A stretch of DNA of 63,158 nucleotides, the filler included. It is 4 parts of 4 records of this genome, joined end to end, with 100 filler letters (N's around TTAATTAATTAA, not from the genome) between each part and the next. Parts side by side here need not be neighbours in the genome. Positions count along the whole stretch, not along the records: positions 9,965 to 32,782 come from DRR378314_45; 3 more parts are not named here. One strand, written 5' to 3'. Shown here piece by piece: positions 9,965 to 19,790 of this stretch. The notes below the pieces were generated by a model. That model was not told the origin of the DNA. It searched no databases and worked only from the letters and a program-made list of their open reading frames with translations. How positions within the stretch are numbered: position 1 is the first letter of the stretch; each line of letters begins with the position of its first letter. The translations under genes were made by a program, and so were the position numbers.

Positions 9965-10622
9965 CGGGATCGTCAGCCTGATGGACCACACGCCTGGGCA
10001 GCGTCAGTTTCGCGATTTGGCAGCGCTTAAAACCTATGTGACTAAGAAGCGCGGCATGACAGATACCGAGTTTTCCGAACATGTGGAGAACCTGCTGAAC
10101 CTGCAAAAACGCTTTGGTGCCAAACATCAGGCTGGTACTGTCATTGAAGCGGGTCGTCTGGGCGCAGTCTTGGCAAGCCACGACGATACCACAGCCGACC
10201 ATGTCTTGACGTCGGCGCGAAACGGGGTGGGCTTTGCCGAGTTTCCAACCACGTTACAAGCCGCCGAGGCCTGTCGAACCCACGGCATTGCAGTAATGAT
10301 GGGCGCGCCCAATCTGATCAGGGGCGGGTCGCATTCCGGCAACGTCGCCGCCGAACAATTGGCCCATGCCAACCTGCTGGACATCATGTCATCAGATTAT
10401 GTTCCTGCGGCGCTTTTGCAGTCCACCTTCCGCCTTGCCGAAATCTGGAATGACCTGCCCCGCGCAATTGCTACTGCAACCAGCAACCCTGCCAGCGCGG
10501 CCCGCCTGACTGATCGCGGTACGATTGGCGTGGGCTTGCGCGGCGACATTCTGCGCGTGCGTAAGCTAGACCAAACACCCTTGTTGCGCGGCGTCTGGAG
10601 CCAAGGCAACCGTGTGGGGTAG
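9965..10622 (+). CDS. phnM: Alpha-D-ribose 1-methylphosphonate 5-triphosphate diphosphatase (5'-truncated by the contig edge)
   Basis: SLMDHTPGQRQF, LASHDD, AEFPTT, MGAPNLIRGGSHSGN and SSDYVP are PhnM signatures. Confidence 0.93.
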
Positions 10623-10910
10623 CAACAGGCCTCGTTAACAAGACCTTGCGGTGACCGTGATTGACAAAGCTTGATCCTCAGGACTTGAACTGCCGCGCTT
10701 ATCAATTCGCCGCTGCCCCTTGCGACCAACTGTTTGATCAGTGATCAACCAGGTTTGGCGATGGTCCAAGGGCATTTCCGGTCATATGCGGCAATCAGGC
10801 GCTTGAATTCCAACAAGCTAATGTATACGAAAGTATACTATACCGATTCAGCGACGATTAAGCCGCCCCGAAATATCGCCCCATAGCATGCCAGAGACGC
10901 GGAAAAGAAC

Positions 10911-13703
10911 ATGAGCCTCTACAACGATTATTTGACCGAGATCGAAGCCCGCAAGGAACAGGGCTTAAGCCCCAAACCCATCGATGATGGCGCGCTGGCC
11001 CGCGAGGTTATTGACCTTATCAAGGACACCAGCAGCGCGCACCGTGATGACTGTCTGCACCACTTTATCTACAACACGCTGCCCGGTACCACGAGCGCCG
11101 CGGGCGAAAAGGCGCGCTTTCTGAAAGAGATTATCTTGGGTGCTGCAGTGGTCGACGAAATCACGCCAGCCTTCGCCTATGAGCTTTTGAGCCATATGAA
11201 GGGTGGCCCATCGGTTGAAGTGTTGCTTGACCTCGCGCTTGGATCGGACGACGCAACGGCCCGAGACGCAGCTGAAGTGCTTAAAACCCAAGTCTTTCTT
11301 TACGAGGCAGACACAGACCGCATCAAGGCGGCATACGAGGCTGGCAATACCATCGCCGCGGCCCTTCTGGACAGTTATGCCAAGGCCGAGTTTTTCACCA
11401 AGCTGCCCGAGATCGACGAGGAGATCAAAGTTGTCACCTATGTAGCCGCCGAAGGCGACATCTCGACCGACCTTCTGAGCCCCGGCAATCAGGCACACTC
11501 CCGCGCTGACCGTGAGTTGCACGGCAAATGTCTGATTACCGAAGACGCGCAAAATGAAATCGAAGCCTTGAAGCTCAAGCACCCCGATGCGCGGGTCATG
11601 CTGGTGGCTGAAAAAGGCACGATGGGCGTGGGGTCCTCGCGCATGTCCGGGGTCAACAACGTCGCGCTGTGGACCGGCAAGCAGGCCAGTCCCTATGTTC
11701 CTTTCATCAACATTGCGCCGGTCGTGGCGGGAACGAACGGCATCTCACCAATTTTCCTGACCACCGTGGGTGTGACCGGCGGGATCGGAGTTGATCTCAA
11801 GAACTGGGTCAAGAAAACGGATGAAGATGGCAAGCCGATCTTGAACAATGACGGCAATCCGGTGCTGGAACAGAAATATTCGGTCGCAACCGGAACCGTT
11901 CTGAAAATCAATACGAAGCAAAAGAAACTCTATAGCGAGGATGGCGGCGATGAACTGGTCGATATGGCCGGATCGTTCACTCCGCAGAAGATGGAGTTCA
12001 TGAAAGCCGGTGGATCTTATGCCATTGTGTTCGGCAAAAAACTGCAAACTTTCGCTGCTGAAACGCTGGGGATCGAGGCGCCGCGCGTCTTCGCCCCCTC
12101 GAAAGAAGTCAGCGTTGATGGTCAGGGCCTGACGGCGGTTGAAAAGATCTTTAACGCCAACGCGCTGGGCACTGTATCCGACAAGATGCTGCATGCTGGA
12201 TCCGACGTGCGGGTACGCGTCAACATCGTCGGCAGTCAGGACACGACCGGGCCGATGACGGCACAAGAGCTTGAGGCGATGGCCGCAACCGTTCTGTCCC
12301 CCTCGGTGGATGGGGCTTATCAGTCAGGCTGCCACACAGCTTCGGTCTGGGACGCCAAGGCGCAGGCCAATACGCCGAAGCTGATGGCCTTTATGCACAA
12401 ATTTGGCCTAATAACCGGGCGCGATCCGAAGGGCGCCTATCATGCGATGACTGACGTCATCCACAAGGTCCTCAACGACATCACCGTCGATGACTGGGCA
12501 ATCATCATTGGCGGCGATAGCCATACCCGGATGTCAAAAGGCGTGGCCTTTGGTGCGGATTCAGGAACCGTGGCGCTGGCCCTGGCGACCGGTGAAGCGA
12601 CAATGCCAATACCGGAATCCGTGAAGGTGACATTCAAGGGCAAGATGGCTGATCACATGGATTTCCGGGATGTGGTCCATGCCACCCAAGCACAAATGCT
12701 GGCCCAGCACGGTGACAACGTGTTCCAAGGACGGATCATCGAGGTGCATATCGGAACGCTGTTGGCTGATCAGGCATTCACCTTCACCGACTGGACTGCG
12801 GAAATGAAGGCCAAGGCATCCATCTGCATTTCCAACGACGACACGCTGATCGAGTCGCTGGAAATTGCCAAGTCACGTATCAAGATCATGATCGAAAAGG
12901 GTATGGAGAACGATGCCCGTATGCTTAACAGCTTGATCGAGATTGCGGACAAGCGCATCGAACAGATCAGATCGGGCGAGAAACCCGCACTGACACCTGA
13001 TGGAAACGCAAAATACGCGGCAGAGGTCATCGTTGATCTGGATGAAATCATTGAGCCGATGATCGCGGACCCGGACGTCAACAATGCAGATGTATCGAAA
13101 CGGTATACCCACGATACAATTCGCCCAATCTCATTCTACCGTGCCGAAAAGAAGGTGGATCTTGGATTTGTGGGGTCATGCATGGTGCACAAAGGCGATA
13201 TTAAAATCGTCGCTCAGATGCTGCGCAACCTTGAGGCCGATCAGGGAGATGTCACTTTCAAAGCACCGCTGGTCGTAGCCGCGCCAACCTACAACATCAT
13301 TGATGAGTTGAAGGAAGAGGGCGATTGGGAAATCTTGCAGAAATACTGCGGGTTCGAATTCGACGATGCGGCGCCCAAAGTGAATGCGCGAACCGAGTAC
13401 GAAAATATCCTTTATCTTGAACGTCCGGGCTGCAACCTTTGCATGGGCAACCAGGAAAAAGCCGCCAAAGGGGATACAGTTCTTGCCACATCGACACGCC
13501 TGTTCCAGGGCCGGGTAGTTGCGGATTCCAATACCAAGAAGGGTGAATCCTTGCTGGGTTCCACCCCGGTCGTTGTTCTCTCGGCAATCTTGGGGCGCAC
13601 GCCAACACTTGAGGAATACAAGACAGCGGTTGATGGCATCGATCTGACCAAGTTCGCACCACCAACTCAGAAGCCTTTGGGCAGCATGTCCGCGCATTTC
13701 TAG
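10911..13703 (+). CDS. acnB: Bifunctional aconitate hydratase 2 / 2-methylisocitrate dehydratase
   Basis: N-terminal HEAT-like domain, TDLLSP, GSSRMS, GSQDTTGPMT, GGDSHTR, and Fe-S ligands GSCM and PGCNLCMGNQ. Confidence 0.95.
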   Translation: MSLYNDYLTEIEARKEQGLSPKPIDDGALAREVIDLIKDTSSAHRDDCLHHFIYNTLPGTTSAAGEKARFLKEIILGAAVVDEITPAFAYELLSHMKGGPSVEVLLDLALGSDDATARDAAEVLKTQVFLYEADTDRIKAAYEAGNTIAAALLDSYAKAEFFTKLPEIDEEIKVVTYVAAEGDISTDLLSPGNQAHSRADRELHGKCLITEDAQNEIEALKLKHPDARVMLVAEKGTMGVGSSRMSGVNNVALWTGKQASPYVPFINIAPVVAGTNGISPIFLTTVGVTGGIGVDLKNWVKKTDEDGKPILNNDGNPVLEQKYSVATGTVLKINTKQKKLYSEDGGDELVDMAGSFTPQKMEFMKAGGSYAIVFGKKLQTFAAETLGIEAPRVFAPSKEVSVDGQGLTAVEKIFNANALGTVSDKMLHAGSDVRVRVNIVGSQDTTGPMTAQELEAMAATVLSPSVDGAYQSGCHTASVWDAKAQANTPKLMAFMHKFGLITGRDPKGAYHAMTDVIHKVLNDITVDDWAIIIGGDSHTRMSKGVAFGADSGTVALALATGEATMPIPESVKVTFKGKMADHMDFRDVVHATQAQMLAQHGDNVFQGRIIEVHIGTLLADQAFTFTDWTAEMKAKASICISNDDTLIESLEIAKSRIKIMIEKGMENDARMLNSLIEIADKRIEQIRSGEKPALTPDGNAKYAAEVIVDLDEIIEPMIADPDVNNADVSKRYTHDTIRPISFYRAEKKVDLGFVGSCMVHKGDIKIVAQMLRNLEADQGDVTFKAPLVVAAPTYNIIDELKEEGDWEILQKYCGFEFDDAAPKVNARTEYENILYLERPGCNLCMGNQEKAAKGDTVLATSTRLFQGRVVADSNTKKGESLLGSTPVVVLSAILGRTPTLEEYKTAVDGIDLTKFAPPTQKPLGSMSAHF

Positions 13704-13775
13704 GTCCAGGTTTTCTCAGGGAAGGCTTCGATTGACGAAATATCGAGTTGTTGCCGAAGACCTGTACAACAAACG

Positions 13776-13808
13776 AGGGGCGTACGAGTGAAATCCGTAC
13801 GCCCCTTT
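13776..13808 (+). terminator. GC-rich hairpin, probable acnB terminator
   Basis: AGGGGCGTACG (13776-13786) pairs with CGTACGCCCCT (13796-13806). Short T tract follows. Confidence 0.6.
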
Positions 13809-14010
13809 CAAAACTTTAACTGCGCATTCTTCAGACGTGGGTGTTTTCCATTGTTCGTGAGAAGAAGGTTCTGCCGAGGCTAATAGGTCGCACGTACAGA
13901 AGAGAGACATCTCCGCTGAACACAATTGCCGCGACCATGGGCGTTAAAATCCCCGAGCGTTTGAGGAAACGCTCAACTAGACGTCTATTAGCGGAATAGA
14001 GCTGATGAAA

Positions 14011-15033
14011 TCAGCTACTGTCCGAAAGCCGCCAGACATCCTGCTCACCAAATCCCCGGATCGCTCTTGCCCCGATGTTTTCAAGATCGAACTGGTCCTT
14101 CAAAACATTTGCCACTTCGTCCTGAACGCTGATTTCCATCGGCTCAGAAAACTCTTGCAGACGCGAGGCAAGGTTCACGGCGGGCCCGAATATGTCATAG
14201 ACATATTTCTGAATTCCAACGACCGAACCAACAACTGACCCCGAAGAAAGGCCGATGCGGCATTGCCACTGATGCGGATGGCTTAGGTTGCGACGCGTCA
14301 GATAGCGCACAAACCGAATGGCGGTGTTAGCGATTGCCTTGGCGTGATCTGGGGTTGGATCAGGCAACCCGGCAACTGTGATGTAGGCGTCGCCGATTGT
14401 CTTGATCCGCTCGCAGCCGAATTGCTCTCCGATACGGTCAAAGGCGCTGTAAATGTCGTTCAGTTCGGTGACGGTTACGCTGGGATCTTGCGAGGCAACC
14501 ATTTCCGTAAAGCCCACAAAATCCAGCATCAGAACGGAGACCGGATTGTACAATTGCGGGGTTACAACACCGAAGGTTTTGTATTCCTCATAGACAGATC
14601 GAGGCATGATATTGAGCAGCAGTTTTTCCACTTGCTCTTTCTCGCGCTTGATCTCTCTGGTGTTGCGCTCAACCATCATCGAATAGGAATCGATCATGGA
14701 TTCCAGCTCTTTGATGCGCGTGATGTTTTGGCAAACCAGAACCAGCACATCGTCGTTTGTTGAGGTGAAATCGAGCGCGATTATCAGTGTTCTGCGTTTC
14801 TTCTTGAACCTGATTTCAGAGGTATATCGCCCGCTTTCTGTAAGCGCAGTCTGCATTGCCCCAACATCCAGGTCAGGGAAAAGCTCCTGCAACTGATTTG
14901 GTTGGTTTTCGCTGCTGAACCAATCGTCAAACGTATCATTGCGAAATCCGAATTGCAGCGTCCTGCTGTCCAGAAGCGCGACGCCCACACCGATTGCGCG
15001 CAGGAGCTGTTCATTGATGGCTTCAATCGTCAT
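14011..15033 (-). CDS. Class III adenylate cyclase with N-terminal PAS-like domain and signalling coiled coil (sGC-like architecture)
   Basis: EKEQVEKLLLNIMP helix. Catalytic residues MLDFVGFT (Asp), IKTIGDAY (Lys, Asp), YDIFG (Asp) and VNLASR (Asn, Arg). The Lys/Asp pair indicates ATP specificity. Confidence 0.9.
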   Translation of the reverse strand: MTIEAINEQLLRAIGVGVALLDSRTLQFGFRNDTFDDWFSSENQPNQLQELFPDLDVGAMQTALTESGRYTSEIRFKKKRRTLIIALDFTSTNDDVLVLVCQNITRIKELESMIDSYSMMVERNTREIKREKEQVEKLLLNIMPRSVYEEYKTFGVVTPQLYNPVSVLMLDFVGFTEMVASQDPSVTVTELNDIYSAFDRIGEQFGCERIKTIGDAYITVAGLPDPTPDHAKAIANTAIRFVRYLTRRNLSHPHQWQCRIGLSSGSVVGSVVGIQKYVYDIFGPAVNLASRLQEFSEPMEISVQDEVANVLKDQFDLENIGARAIRGFGEQDVWRLSDSS

Positions 15034-15036
15034 GTG

Positions 15037-15396
15037 TCACCCGACAATCAAGGGACGGCGTTTTGCGAACTCAGCAACAACCGCCTCAACGTCCTCATCA
15101 GCCATGCTGTGCTCACGCAAGGTGGCGCGAAGCACCACTTCGAGTTCATCAAAATGCGCATCGTTGATATCGAGATGAGAATGCAGTTGTTTCAGTTGCT
15201 TGTCCGTATAAGACGCCGGTCCGCCAAGCAGGGAAGCAATGAATTTGGTCTGGTGATCAACCATCCGGGACATGTCGACTTCGTCGAAGAATGGCCCGAT
15301 CTCGTCATTGTCGAGGAGGGTATCGTAGAAGGAGAGGACGATCTTGCTCACTTGCGAAAATCCCCCGTACTTCTCATAGAGCGTGCGTTCAGCCAT
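15037..15396 (-). CDS. Group I truncated haemoglobin (2/2 globin, trHbN/GlbN-like)
   Basis: LYEKYGG, FY (TyrB10), IGPFF, HQTKF...LGGP..Y, proximal His in LKQLH, and I..AHFD. Confidence 0.92.
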   Translation of the reverse strand: MAERTLYEKYGGFSQVSKIVLSFYDTLLDNDEIGPFFDEVDMSRMVDHQTKFIASLLGGPASYTDKQLKQLHSHLDINDAHFDELEVVLRATLREHSMADEDVEAVVAEFAKRRPLIVG

Positions 15397-15502
15397 AACA
15401 AAACCCTTTCAAACAAAGTACGAATAGGGAAGCGCCCCTTGTTGAAGACTACAAATTCTAACCAGACCAATTCAAGTCCGCCTGCCAGTTTCTAGTTCAT
15501 TG

Positions 15503-15529
15503 CGCCCTTCGGGGGATTTCCGAAGGGCG
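15503..15529. terminator. Stem-loop between the methyltransferase and globin genes
   Basis: CGCCCTTCGG-N7-CCGAAGGGCG perfect 10-bp stem with no clear U-tract. Confidence 0.45.
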
Positions 15530-15549
15530 TTCTGAGCCGTCAAATCGCT

Positions 15550-16380
15550 TCAGCGGCGCTCAATAATAATCTCGGCATACTCGGACGAGATGCAAAGAGA
15601 ATCGTTAGTGGAAATGTCGAACTTGTCGATCAGTGCCATCATGTCATTGCGCAATGCGGTCTGACCTTCCGTATCCAAGGCCTCGAACGCTTTTTGCATG
15701 GGGCCATAAAACGTACGAAAGTACTCCATGAAGTGCGCAGCCGAACGATAGCGGAACATGAAGTTCTTACGCTGGAATGATGCCACCTCACATTGCGTTC
15801 CAAACATCTGATCGATCCATTCCCGATTTCCCCACATCGCCGGAGAATTGACACCGGCGGGAGGCGGCACGTGCTTCCCAATCGTTTTGAACAGTTGCCC
15901 GATAAAGCTTTCCGGAGTCCAGTTGGCCATGCCGATCTTGCCGCCCGTCCTAACGACACGCTGAAGCTCGGCCGCGGATTGCGCTTGATTGGGCGTGAAC
16001 ATAACGCCGAAGGTAGAGACAACCGCGTCGAAAGACTGATCCTCGAAGGGCAGGTTTTCGGCATCAGCGACCTTGTAGTTTACAAATAGACCTTCGGCTT
16101 GCGCACGCTTGCCGCTGGCGTCCAGCAGGCTTTCAACATAGTCGGTCGAGGTCACGTTGCAAAAGCGCCGTGCAAAGGCCAAAGTTGCGTTTCCATTGCC
16201 CGCAGCCACATCAAGGATGGTGGAGTCCGCACGCATATCCATGGCTTCGGCAAGCTCTTCACCGGTTATTTGCAGCGTCACTCCGACTTTGCTGTAGTCA
16301 CCGGACCCCCAGGCCGCGTTCTGTTTTGCTTTGATTGCAGTGAAGTCTGCTGTTTGAGCGATAGTTGATTGAATGCCCAT
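15550..16380 (-). CDS. Class I SAM-dependent methyltransferase (UbiE-like)
   Basis: ILDVAAGNGN (motif I), DAENLPFEDQSFDAVVSTFGVMF and ELQRVVRTGG. Confidence 0.9.
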   Translation of the reverse strand: MGIQSTIAQTADFTAIKAKQNAAWGSGDYSKVGVTLQITGEELAEAMDMRADSTILDVAAGNGNATLAFARRFCNVTSTDYVESLLDASGKRAQAEGLFVNYKVADAENLPFEDQSFDAVVSTFGVMFTPNQAQSAAELQRVVRTGGKIGMANWTPESFIGQLFKTIGKHVPPPAGVNSPAMWGNREWIDQMFGTQCEVASFQRKNFMFRYRSAAHFMEYFRTFYGPMQKAFEALDTEGQTALRNDMMALIDKFDISTNDSLCISSEYAEIIIERR

Positions 16381-16459
16381 GATTGATATCCTCCGGGTGT
16401 TTTTGCTGGACCTAGATCAGCGGTTTCAAAGAGTGTCGCATCCTTTGAATGCGACTGGT

Positions 16460-17299
16460 TTATGCGGCTTCGACATGTGGCCAGCTGAAGTCGACGGTCG
16501 GCCGTTCGGCGTTGGCAACGTGTTCGAATATTCTTGAATTGACCCATTCTGGCTGAAAGATCGGTGCCATGTGCCCAAGTTCTGGCAGCAGGGCGATACG
16601 TGCATTGGGCAACGCCTTTGCGATGGCGACGGCCACATGCTGTGCGATCCCTGGGGATTCCAGACCTGTCATCACCAGGGCAGGCATCGTGAGATTGGAC
16701 AGGTCCTTTAACGTCCAGGTCTCCGCTAGCCCATTGGCAAAGTCGCTCATTACCGACGAAATCAGGCCGGCAAACTTCTGTCTGGCCGTCACAGGCAGGT
16801 TGTCCCAAAATCCGTCACCGTTCCAGAAATCAAGGAAGTGCCGCATTCCCGCGGGCGCATCATCTTCTGCAGCAGCCGCTGTAACCAGCCCCGACAAAAG
16901 CTTGATCTGTTGATACAGGCGGCGACCCTTGTTGTTCCCTTGATTCAGAAAGTGAAACGCTGCCGGTTCATAAACTGTCAGGCTTTTGACCAGATCAGGG
17001 CGCATCAAGGCAATCTTGATAGCGATCCCGCCACCATTCGAATGACCGACAAGATGGACAGCGCGGCCCAGCTTTTCAATTTCCTTGATCACGGAGGCCG
17101 CCGAAATTGCCGCCCCTGTTTGAGTGTGATCACCAACCAATGGGGCACGACCGTAGCCAGGCAGATCAAAGGCATGAACATCAAAGCGACCTTCGAGATC
17201 GTCCATCAGTTGGTTCCATTGTGCGCTGCTGGACGCAGAGGAATGCAATGCGACAATCGGAGCGTTGTTTGCTTCTGTAGACCTAAATGAAATCGTCAT
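16460..17299 (-). CDS. Alpha/beta-fold hydrolase
   Basis: VALHSS, FDLPGYG, nucleophile elbow GHSNGG and catalytic His in GHMAP. Confidence 0.9.
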   Translation of the reverse strand: MTISFRSTEANNAPIVALHSSASSSAQWNQLMDDLEGRFDVHAFDLPGYGRAPLVGDHTQTGAAISAASVIKEIEKLGRAVHLVGHSNGGGIAIKIALMRPDLVKSLTVYEPAAFHFLNQGNNKGRRLYQQIKLLSGLVTAAAAEDDAPAGMRHFLDFWNGDGFWDNLPVTARQKFAGLISSVMSDFANGLAETWTLKDLSNLTMPALVMTGLESPGIAQHVAVAIAKALPNARIALLPELGHMAPIFQPEWVNSRIFEHVANAERPTVDFSWPHVEAA

Positions 17300-17342
17300 T
17301 GTCTTTACTCACTTGCGTTTGTGATGAGTAAAAACTGGACGT

Positions 17343-17529
17343 TCATTGTTTCATTGCAATTTCCGAAATAGGCGCAACATGTTTCAGTTGTTGCTCTATG
17401 AAGCAGTTCACACAACGCGCTATCTGTCTTTAGAACATGGGAAATTATGACTGAATTTGGTTTGGCACTGACTGATTTGAAACAATTGAAACACTAGATG
17501 CAGATTTTGAAATGGCGCTGAAACAATGA
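17343..17529. promoter_or_regulatory. Divergent promoter region with mirrored GAAAT-N5-TGAAACAATGA boxes and additional TGAAACA repeats
   Basis: The motif lies at 17509-17529 (+) and 17343-17363 (-). Further TGAAACA copies are at 17478, 17487 (+) and 17380 (-). Confidence 0.6.
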
Positions 17530-17546
17530 TACCGTAAAAAAACAGG

Positions 17547-19790
17547 ATGACGGTGGACATGGCGAACGATTTTCAGGAAATCGAGAAGGCACGAGATCTC
17601 CTGCGCGATGCAATCGAGTCTCTCAAGGAAGGGTTCGCCCTGTATGATGACGACCGTCGTCTCGTGATGTTTAACCAACGCTATGAAGAGATGAACAAAG
17701 GGGTCTCGGACCTATTGAAGCCGGGTCTGGACTGGGAAATCCTGATGCGTGAAACGGCGCGTCGCGGGATTTATGCTGATGCGATCGGCAATGAGGAACA
17801 TTGGGTCTCTGACAGATTGGCCAACGGTATCGAGTTCATTCAAGATTATGAACTGGCCGAAACTGACGGGCGGACCTATCTGGTTTCCGTCCATCCCACC
17901 CATCTGGGCGGATTTGTTGTCACGCGCGAGGATATTACAGAACGCAAACAAGCCGAGGCCGAGGAGCGCGACGGGGATCTGCTGATCAGAAAAGTGCTGG
18001 ATGCCAGTTCTGCAGTTGTGACCATGGCGCGGATCGGTGATGGCCAGATCCTGTATCGCACACCTGCTGCACTGCAAATGTTTGGTGCAGCCAAATCTGC
18101 CCGTGAGCATTATGCAAACCCCGACGAGCGCGCAGATTTCGTGACCTTGCTGTTGGTGGACGGTCGTGTTGATAACTTCAAGCTTGATCTGCTCAACGCC
18201 AACGGAAAGGTGTTTCCAGCTTCAATTTCTTCGCAGCTGATAGATTACAAAGGCGAAGAAGTCATCGTGACCAGCATTATTGATCTCACGGTCCAAAAGG
18301 AAGCTGACGCTCTGATCAGGCAAGTAATGGAAGCTTATCCGGCCGCCATTAATATGACCCATGCCGAAACGGGTGAGGTTTTGTTCGCCACACCGGAAAT
18401 CAAGGCCCTGTTTGGCCCTGCCCGCAATTCCAATTCCTATTATGCCGATCCTTCGGAGCGTCAGCGATACCTGAAAGACCTTCGGGCTGCAGGGTCTCTT
18501 AAAGATCGGCGGATGGAATTCATTGATGCAGGCGGAAGAAAATTCTGGGGCGCAGACTCATCGCGCTTGATCGAATTCAATGGCGAAGAAGTCATAGTTT
18601 CAAACACCCGTGACTTAACAGATGAGCTAGCGATTGAAGAAGAGCTTGCGAAGCAACGAGAGATGCTTTTCCAGAATGAGAAAATGTCAGCACTTGGCGA
18701 ACTGCTGGCCGGAGTGGCCCATGAGCTCAACAATCCGCTTTCGGTAGTTGTGGGTCATTCTCTTATGCTCAAGGAAGAGATATCCGATCCAGATTTGACG
18801 GTCAGGATCGAAAAGATCAGTAACGCGGCGGAACGGTGTGCAAAGATCGTTAAAACCTTCCTTGCGATGGCGCGCCAGCAACCCAGCAATATCGAAGATG
18901 TAGATGTTGCCGGGTTGGTTACGACCGCTGCGGATGTCGTAGGTTACGGCACGCCATCAGATGGCATTCGCATCCAGCAGAGTATTCCAGCGGACCTGCC
19001 CCCTATCGCCGCTGACGCGGATCAGATCACTCAGGTCATCATCAATCTAATCATCAACGCTGAACAGGCGATGACGGCATCCGGTTGCGGTGATCTTATC
19101 GAACTTACAGCGGAAGCAAGCCCCGCAACAGGCATGGTGGAGCTGGCGGTAAAGGACAATGGTCCTGGCATTCCCAAAGCCATTCGCGCACGCATCTTTG
19201 AACCCTTCTTTACGACCAAAGAAGTAGGTGAAGGCACCGGCATTGGCCTTGCATTTTGTCACCGAATTATTCTGTCTCACGGTGGTCAGATCAGGCTTGA
19301 TCCGAGCGATAGAACGGGCACCTGCATGCGGATTCTGCTGCCGATTGGAACCCGACAGGAAACGGCCGAAAACGAACCAGTCGGCCCGATTTCCGCGTCG
19401 TCAAATCTAAGGGCCTTGGTGGTGGATGATGAAATCGAAGTGGGTGAGTTGCACGCCGAAATACTGAGAAGAGACGGCTTTGACGTTGATGTCGTTTCTT
19501 CTGGTGAAGATGCTTTAAGCAATCTTCGTTCACAAAACTACGACATATTCCTGAGCGATCTGAATATGCCGGGTGTCGATGGGCGAAGAATCTATGAAGC
19601 CTTGGTCGCCGATTTCCCGGAGATGTTGGACAGAACAGCCTATGTAACCGGTGATACGATGGGGCAAGCCTCACAAGGGTTGCTCAGCGAGTCCGGGCTG
19701 CCGCATATCGAAAAACCCGTTTCCCCTTTAGAACTAAGAACCCTCGTCGGCAATTTACTCGCCGATCGGAAGGAAGCAACCGATGGATGA
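17547..19790 (+). CDS. Soluble hybrid sensor histidine kinase (three PAS-like domains, HisKA, HATPase, REC)
   Basis: EGFALYDDDRRLVMFN (PAS), H-box GVAHELNNPL, N-box NLIINAEQA, DNGPG, FEPFFTTK, GTGIGL and C-terminal REC (VVDDE...SDLNMPGVDG...KP). No TM segment seen. Confidence 0.93.
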   Translation: MTVDMANDFQEIEKARDLLRDAIESLKEGFALYDDDRRLVMFNQRYEEMNKGVSDLLKPGLDWEILMRETARRGIYADAIGNEEHWVSDRLANGIEFIQDYELAETDGRTYLVSVHPTHLGGFVVTREDITERKQAEAEERDGDLLIRKVLDASSAVVTMARIGDGQILYRTPAALQMFGAAKSAREHYANPDERADFVTLLLVDGRVDNFKLDLLNANGKVFPASISSQLIDYKGEEVIVTSIIDLTVQKEADALIRQVMEAYPAAINMTHAETGEVLFATPEIKALFGPARNSNSYYADPSERQRYLKDLRAAGSLKDRRMEFIDAGGRKFWGADSSRLIEFNGEEVIVSNTRDLTDELAIEEELAKQREMLFQNEKMSALGELLAGVAHELNNPLSVVVGHSLMLKEEISDPDLTVRIEKISNAAERCAKIVKTFLAMARQQPSNIEDVDVAGLVTTAADVVGYGTPSDGIRIQQSIPADLPPIAADADQITQVIINLIINAEQAMTASGCGDLIELTAEASPATGMVELAVKDNGPGIPKAIRARIFEPFFTTKEVGEGTGIGLAFCHRIILSHGGQIRLDPSDRTGTCMRILLPIGTRQETAENEPVGPISASSNLRALVVDDEIEVGELHAEILRRDGFDVDVVSSGEDALSNLRSQNYDIFLSDLNMPGVDGRRIYEALVADFPEMLDRTAYVTGDTMGQASQGLLSESGLPHIEKPVSPLELRTLVGNLLADRKEATDG

